From contig OZ024742.1 of NCBI GenBank assembly GCA_964016885.1, forward strand, positions 157,232,001 through 157,296,000: a stretch of 64,000 bases of DNA, written 5' to 3'. The stretch comes from Eledone cirrhosa. Taxonomy: Eukaryota. How positions within the stretch are numbered: position 1 is the stretch's first letter; each line of letters starts with the position of its first letter. A program made the position numbers and the translations under genes. Below, piece after piece: positions 55,838 through 64,000 of the stretch. The notes under the pieces were generated by a model that saw only the letters and a program-made list of their open reading frames with translations, was not told the origin of the DNA and searched no databases.

Positions 55838-55844
<7 letters not shown>
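55505..55844. repeat. Near-spacerless palindrome (arms of about 170 bp), each arm with a hammerhead-like motif
   Basis: The arms meet at about 55675. Right arm: cgtgt-CTGAAAA...GAAA-catttgt-A-acacg-aAATAAA (55705-55802). Confidence 0.85.
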
Positions 55845-55899
<55 letters not shown>

Positions 55900-55902
55900 T
55901 AG

Positions 55903-55983
<81 letters not shown>

Positions 55984-55984
55984 C

Positions 55985-56320
55985 TCGGAGGAAACGATCC
56001 AAATGCTGTCTGCAACTCTTAAACAAAAAGGATTACCAACACCAACATACATTTAGAAACCCAGCCCCGCGACATACAACACCACATTCTGGCCGTATTT
56101 GGGACGTCCAAACAACAATATCACCTACCATCCCAGCTGGAGCATATTTTCCTAGTCAAAATCTTACTCGGGAGGACACCGTCCGTGTAATTTATGCTCG
56201 GAGGAAACGATACAAATACTGCTTGCAAAGGCCCAACTCTTACACAAAAAGATTGAACTTGTTACCTCATGTAAACACAGAATGCGTAGGACATATCTTA
56301 CCTTCAAACCCCCTCATGAC
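55985..56320 (+). pseudogene. Penelope GIY-YIG C-terminal fragment (second copy of the 47185 family)
   Basis: Nucleotide homology to 47210-47490. Confidence 0.7.
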
Positions 56321-56365
56321 CTCTGTAAATCTAAGCATGTGATGGTATCCATACTTGCACACATA

Positions 56366-56429
<64 letters not shown>

Positions 56430-57639
56430 CATACACATACTCACACAAATACACACATACACTCATACACATACACTCATACACATACATATATAATTAA
56501 CTTGATGGTGTTGCCTAAATTCTAAAAGAAATATCCTCTCTCTCAACATCTCTCCCTCTCTCTTCATATTTACGTGAATTTAATTGAGAAATAAAACCAG
56601 AAAATACATGCATACATGATTGAGAAGTCAATCGTTCCCTTTATGTCTATGTAGCATCAAAGATACAAAAGAATGATGGTAACAACACACCATTGATGGG
56701 GTGTTTCCATATCTAGTATGCACAATTCAGCTTCATTTCCATCACTATTGGAACTCCATGATATACACCAAACAGCCTGGACAAAAGTAGGACTGAAATT
56801 AGATTCTTAGAAAAGGAACACAACAGTTTACACCTTACGTTACAATGATGAATTTATCTGGAGCTTCCAGCATCTGTAAATATTTCTTAAGTTTAAAACG
56901 ATTGACTACTTTATGAGGCACGGAAACAATTCCCTTTCCTTTTCCATAATGCATCCGGGAAGGGGCCGATAAAAATAAACTCCAAATTAAGAGAAAGCAA
57001 CAACACATTTACACTTACATACTTAAATACGTACATACATGTATACATACATGCATACATACATATTGTGAAAATAAAAAAAGGAAACATATACATACAT
57101 ACACGCACACACAGATACATGCATACATACATACATACATACATAAATACATACAAACATACATACATACATATTTGTTGTGTATTGTATTATATTTAAA
57201 TTGCTTTGTGTTACAATAATTGATACAAGCGTTTGATGGAAATATTACTGGAGACATTCATATTGGCTTTAACTAAGTTGGTCAAACTCATTGATTGGGG
57301 TATTGTTACATCAGTTACGCCCGATGGATTCATTTTAAAAAGCGTGTTATTCTCTTTGTCATATAATTTTAAAATTTGATGAGAAAAAAATCAGATACAT
57401 GTAAACGATGTTAGTATGTTATAATTGTTCTTGGTTTTAAATATTCCAATGTTATTTCTTGTTAGTAAGGAATAGTGAATTTACAATGATTGCCTATAGA
57501 AAAAAGTAATATGCGTAATATATTTTCGATTCAAATCAACAAATGATATTGCAGCTCTACAGAAGTGTGTGTAATGTAGCCGTATGTACATATAAATACA
57601 TTAGTGAATTTATGTCCATGTTTACAATGAAAATAAAAT

Positions 57640-57706
57640 AATTGTTTCTACTTTTGGCACAAGGGCAGGAATTACGCAGTACATTACTGGTACTTTATTT
57701 TATCGA
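57640..57706 (-). mobile_element. SINE 3' fragment
   Basis: aattgtttctacttttggcacaagg...ggtactttattttatcga. Confidence 0.7.
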
Positions 57707-58887
57707 AAATGTTATTTTAATGAAAATTTATTTTAATGAAAATGAAATAATAATAATAGTTTACGTTTATACACAACTGTATACACAAGCACGAACACAG
57801 TTTCACATATTCCCAAATCCCACAAAAATACATATAGACACATACATATATATATATATATTGTTATATAGATGTATGCTGGCTGCAGACTCTGGTAAGA
57901 GTATTGTAATAGCGTCTAACATACCCTGAACAAACAATGCCTGTGCTTGGAAGGTTTTTTAAGTGGGGAAATGCTTTGCACTCGAAAACACTACACGAAA
58001 AGGAGAACTTGTCAACATCATCGGATGAGTTTCCCTCTCTTAAAAAGGTGCTGTGACAACAACTGGGTGTCTTTCACTACCAGGTGGGGAAAAATACTTA
58101 ATGGATGGCCGTATATCGCTGTATACAGACATAGATACACCACCACGCATAATAATATTATAACTAATCATATTGTTAAAACTTAAACTCCTCGGTGCTA
58201 ATCGGAATGGATTATTTAAAATTAACGGAAATATATTGTCACACATAAATGTTACATTTAAATACTCGTTTCTAATTCAAGCACAAGACGAGCAATTTTC
58301 GGTAAAGGCAAAGTTGATAAAATCAAACCTTGTACTTGAATAGTACTTTAGTTTATCGCTGCCGGAAGGAGGGAAAGCAAATTCGATCCCCGTGAAGAAC
58401 ATAAACATAAAAAAATATATATATATATATATATCAAAATTGATTTTTATCCAATGTTCTCCCAATTCTGCAATCCACCACATTTAGTATCTAAGAGATA
58501 TTAATAATATAAATAAAGAACATTGATAAAGGCATAACTAGTAACAACATGATGTTGAAGTTACAACTATTATTAAGAAAATATTTCAAAATGCATACAA
58601 TAAATAAACAAGTAGAAAGAATACGTCTTGAGGGTTTATAGTATTAGATTCAATAGAGAAGATGAATGGTTGTGATAATGTTTAGATGTTTGAATTTCGA
58701 GACAACTATCATTTATTTCGTAAAAGTTAAAACGATAATCATACACCTATCCTTTGTAATTTATTTGAAACAAATATGAACTGCAGACGAAGCGAAATAG
58801 TGAATAAAAACGGAACTAACTGAAACTAAATTTCAAATAATTGAAATGATTGTAACGGCAATTCAGTTTGTAAAAGTTAGCCGTTTC

Positions 58888-58988
<101 letters not shown>

Positions 58989-59054
58989 GCACACACACTT
59001 TCTCTCTCTCCCTCACACACACACACACACACACTCACATATCTATACATATAT

Positions 59055-59295
59055 CAGGTAAAGACCACCTTCTGTCACGAAGGCCATGGGATTTTAACTA
59101 GAAAGTTTTGCTCTCGGGCAAAATTTCGGGCAAAGTTGTTTGTGGGAGTGGAGCAGTAACCGATGCATACCAGTCTCCCCTATCCACATCACTGATGCTG
59201 TCTACGGGAAAAGCAAAACCCGATTCAGCTTGGCAGCAGTGAAGTCACAACTCATTTTTACAACTGAATGAACTGGAACAAGGTGAAATAATGTG
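59055..59295 (-). mobile_element. Probable SINE body (CORE-type, related to 30445)
   Basis: Ends in gaatgaactggaacaaggtgaaataatgtg, which resembles gagcaacgtgaaataaagtg at about 30465. Confidence 0.45.
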
Positions 59296-59374
59296 CGACT
59301 CCAAGTTTACCTGATCTTCAGACCAGTGTTAACACAACACAAAATCACATCAAATATGTTAACCAAAACAAGCA

Positions 59375-59466
<92 letters not shown>

Positions 59467-59656
59467 AATCTACCAAAATATACGGTAGTGTCCAATCCGT
59501 ATGAAGAACTCAATATAATCCAAATATCATGAAAAGAGAAGATGTATTCAAAAATGTTTTCGATGAAAATCACAGGCAAACAGAGAAATTAATAAAAACA
59601 ATGAATAACAGTTCCTTAAGGAACTGTTTCTTTGTTTTTATTCATTGTTTTTATTA

Positions 59657-59724
<68 letters not shown>

Positions 59725-60574
59725 ACAGATATATAGTTATATTTGGGGAGGCTTATGTTTTTATAATATTGCCAGAAATATATGATGAATCACAATCACT
59801 GTTTATATATATATATTAATTTTATTGTGGTGTGACGCTCGTTTCACCATTGATAGGGCCAAGACTCGATATATGTGTATGTGTGTGTCTGTGTGCGTGT
59901 GCGCGCGCGCGGGCGCGTGTGTGTGCACGCGTGGCTATATCTACGTGTGTGTGTATGTGTGTGTGTGGTTGAGTATATGTACTTGTATGTGCGCTTCTCT
60001 TTGTATGTTAATACATAGGTTAGTGCCTGGAGTGTACTACAATATGAAATATAGTTGGCCTCTTCATCAACATACAGAATGCGTACTGATGTGATAATTT
60101 ATTTAAAGAGGTATTATAAGCAGTGATTACATTGTACGTTAATGCACAGGGTTTGAATTTGAAGATATATATGTTAATCTCGAAAAGTAGCAACTTTATA
60201 GATACATTATTGAATGCATATTGATCTGTTTATGTTTTTCGATTTCACTTATTTAAACTAGATATCGTATTCCCAGAATCAAAACGTGTAATCAAGTTTA
60301 CAAATAGACAATCTTTAAATAGTCTATCGCAATAGTAAACACATTTGATTATCCTGAAGGTATATCATTCCTTTGTACATAACATTAAGAGTTTTACTAG
60401 ACTTTGATAATAATAGTAGTAAAACTCTACACTTTCTGTTAATAATTATCTGGTTCTTGTTTTGTATGTGAATATATATATATATTTAAAGACGTGTAAC
60501 ACACGAGTTGTGATATATTAGTAAGAGGAAAAGAAAATACTGACAAATTTTTCCCAGTGAAAAATAATTTAATA

Positions 60575-61720
60575 TGGTTGTAATCCATTGTGAATTGTAA
60601 GTTAGTGTTGACCTCATTCAGAAGGGTTTTGAACTCAAACAGACTATCTATAATTTCAGGCCAGAGGATGAAAAGTCGTCCAGATATATCTTCCAGTTTT
60701 TTCTACGTGTTGGTAGAAGTGGTTGCCGTATTGGTCTAGAACTTTGCGTTAGAGAATGGTTTTCCAAATATCCCATGAATATCCTTCTACGGTATCCCCA
60801 AGACACACAAAAGCGAAGTAATAGGCAGGGCCTACAAGCAAGCCACAGACGTTTACATCACTATAGCCTCTCCTGATGACCTTAAATTCAGACCCATAAT
60901 AGCAGGCACCACATGTGAAACCCATCGCCTAAGCAACTTCGTAGATATTCTGCTTAAACCTTTTCTAAAACATATAAAAAGCTTCATAAGGGACGACCTT
61001 TACATGCTCAACCACCTCCCAACAACACTCAATAATGAATATACCCTACTAGTAACCTTTGATGTCATCAATTTATATTCCAATATCCTACACAACGTAG
61101 GTATAGAGACAATACAATTCTGGATGGAACATTTCCCTAGTAAACTTCCACAGCGCATCCCTAAAGAATTTGTGTTGGAGGGAATCAAATTCATCTTGGA
61201 AAACAATTTCTTCGAATTCAATGCCAAATACTACATACAGAAATCTGGGACTGCCATGGGCATGAAAGTGGCCCCCTTATACGCCAACCTTGTCATGGGA
61301 TATTTGGAAACCATTCTCTACCGCAAAGTTCTAGATAAATACGGCAACCACTTCTACCAACACATAGGAAAGAACTGGAAGAGATATCTGGACGACTTCT
61401 TCATCGTCTGGCATGAAAGTATAGATAGACAGATTGAGTTTAAAACCCCTGTGAATGAGCTCAACACTAACTTACAATTCACAATGGATTACAGCCATGA
61501 ACAACTCCCTTTCCTCGACATCTTCATCAAGAAAACAAGCAACAAAATAGAAACAGACATATAATACAAACCCACAGACTCCAAACAATACCTTCCATTA
61601 AACTCGTGCCACCCTAGACACAACAAAATAGCAATTCCTTATAACCTAGCCAGAAGGATCTGCATAATAGTTTCAGATAAATACACATTCTACACATAAC
61701 TAGAAGAATTAAAAAACACA
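60575..61720 (+). mobile_element. Penelope-like (possibly Neptune-type) RT fragment with an inverted 5' duplication
   Basis: FRPIIAG, LLVTFDVINLYSNI, YYIQKSGTAMG..APLYANL, WKRYLDD, LPFLD, KPTDSKQYL..SCHP. 60575-60778 is a diverged reverse complement of 61295-61499. Confidence 0.85.
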
Positions 61721-61981
61721 CTTATATATATATAAACCCTTCGGTCATAAATAACCATGGTATTGAACGTAGAATATTTTCCTCCGTGGAACAATTCTGG
61801 GCAAAATTGTTAGTGGAAAGCCAGCCGCTGCCCATGCATATAGTTCTCCCCTCACCACACTATAGGTGTTGTCCAATTTAAAAGGCAATGTCAGGTAGCG
61901 TTTAGCAGCAGTGACGATGCTACTCATTTCAACGGGGGAGTAATGAATTTGTTTTGCAAGATTTCCAACTGTTGTGTAACC

Positions 61982-62117
<136 letters not shown>

Positions 62118-62690
62118 TTTATATAGAGCTGATATCTCCCTGTTTATAACTGATCATTTCATACAAAGGAAGCATTTCTAGTAGTAGTAGTAGTAGTAGA
62201 TTAATGTGAGTGAAGATAATGAACTAACCAGGTGTTGCAGATTTGCACTATGATACAATTCGTTCCGTGTGAATTGTGACACCCAAACAGAGAAATAAAA
62301 CGAAGACAAGATTAAGACTTAGAACACCAATAAATCTATAACACTGAGTGCATTGTATATTAAACATAGGAACAAAATGTGTTAAAGAGTAATAGTGTTG
62401 TACAACTTGGATATGCTGGTTACTAAACACTGTATCCAGGATAGGAAAAATATGTCTAATACAGTCGTATGTATGTTAATAATTGTGGAGGTATATGTGC
62501 CACAATGTTCACGCATGTATTTATAAATGGGTGTGTTCTTTTATAGATATTTGTATTTAAATAAGTGTTCTTGTTCCAGCATAAATGTACGTAAAATTGT
62601 TTATATAAGTATGCATACACATGCACGATTATACGTCTGTCATTCTCTTTTTCACAATATCTCCTTTTCGCATATATTTATGTATATATA

Positions 62691-62769
<79 letters not shown>

Positions 62770-62899
62770 ATATTATTATTTATAGTTATATATACACTAT
62801 ATACAAATATAAACAGGAAAGGTCAGTAATTCATTACTACCTTATTAAACAGTAAGAAAAATAGCTAATGTAAATACATCATGTGTTTTACAGAGCAGG

Positions 62900-63770
62900 A
62901 ATATATATTTTAAAAGCCCACCTCACAACACTTATTAAACTCTTTCGAAAATAATCTAATAAAACTAGTTAAGAACATAAGGAACAGAAAACATCATAAT
63001 AGAAACAATACCTTCTTAAACAACCTTAAAGGATTTAATAAAAGTAAATAAATTCTAGTACATGCTGATAAAACTAATAATATATATAGCCTAGATTACG
63101 ATACATATAGAACAGTTATATATATAAAGAACTACATAGGAGCTATAAGAAAACCACTATTAAAAACCTAGAGGATATAAATATAGAAGGCCATAGTATA
63201 GTGTATAAATTAGGACTTCAGAAACATACACAGTCATACACCCCTAACCCCCCAAGATTATCTCTGAAATATCATAAGGAAGACTTTAATGGTAACCCTT
63301 ATATAAGACATTGGAATTATCAGGAAAACATATTAGATAGAATCATCCTCCAATTTAAGCATAAAATATATCTTAACAAGTGGGGAAATACAGGTGAAGT
63401 TATTGAATGGTTATATTTTATTAAAGTGAATAAAAATAATAAATTTATAAAATTTGATATTAATTCATACTAAACCGCTATTTCCCCTATCCTATTAAAT
63501 AAGGCATTAATTATGGCTAGGAACAATAGTGACCATATTAGATCCCAAATTGATGTCATCCTTGCGGCCCGAAAAACCATAATTGCATTTGAAGATCAAT
63601 TATGGACCCACAAGGATTCACCTAACAACTTTGATATGACTATGGGATCTAGTGACTCGGCGCAGGGCACTAATTTTGTGGGCCTATATCTCTTAAATGA
63701 AATCCATAAGAATCTACACTACCTCAATGGTGGTTTATACCGCGATGATGCACTACTGCTTATTGTCTAT
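62900..63770 (+). pseudogene. Decayed Penelope RT (related to 34700-35330)
   Basis: VHADKTNNIY, FIKFDINSY, FDMTMGSSDSAQGTNFVGLYLL..GGLYRDD. Confidence 0.8.
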
Positions 63771-64000
63771 CTATCTAGGGCGGGTAAAATTCCCGAGATC
63801 CATGGACGAGTTCTCTCCAGCGGTCTCTGTCCCTCATGATCGCTGCCATGTCCTGTGTCTCCAACAGACCAGTGACTGTCCTTAGGGCATCACCATACGT
63901 TAACCTTGGTCTTCCTCTCCAGTGTGTCCATGTAGGGACTCGCACAGGACCACTGAGTGCAATGTCAACTCTGACTGCAATGTCAACACTTTATTGACTA
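63770..64000 (-). mobile_element. RTE-clade LINE 3' end inserted into the Penelope RT
   Basis: The minus strand encodes RGRPRLTYGDALRTVTGLLETQDMAAIMRDRDRWRELV, followed by a short (TAGA) tail. Confidence 0.65.

Noticed and set aside
60870-60900. CTGATGA inside the PLE RT
   Set aside because: It lies in coding sequence (PDDLKFRP) with no downstream GAAA or stem III, so it is a chance match.

Overview
AT-rich animal genomic DNA, probably cephalopod (Octopus-like; inferred from the SINE motifs and dense (TA)n/(CA)n tracts). It looks intronic or intergenic, and I found no convincing host gene. Most of the window is decayed retroelements: two head-to-tail Tx1/L1-type LINEs (1-11.1 kb, minus strand), R4/Dong-like RLE fragments, RTE fragments, many Penelope-like element (PLE) RT and GIY-YIG fragments, tRNA-derived SINEs and one MITE. 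The main hidden signal is RNA-level: about 20 type I hammerhead ribozyme (HHR) motifs from at least 8 sequence families, most with a self-complementary stem III. They occur in PLE 3' ends and in non-coding tandem arrays of 310, about 438 and about 557 nt that fold back on themselves and sit inside (TA)n tracts. These are candidate non-LTR retrozymes (circular RNA templates). A diverged relative of the 557-nt family shows compensatory changes in stems I and II. All structures were read by eye, so coordinates may be off by a few bases.
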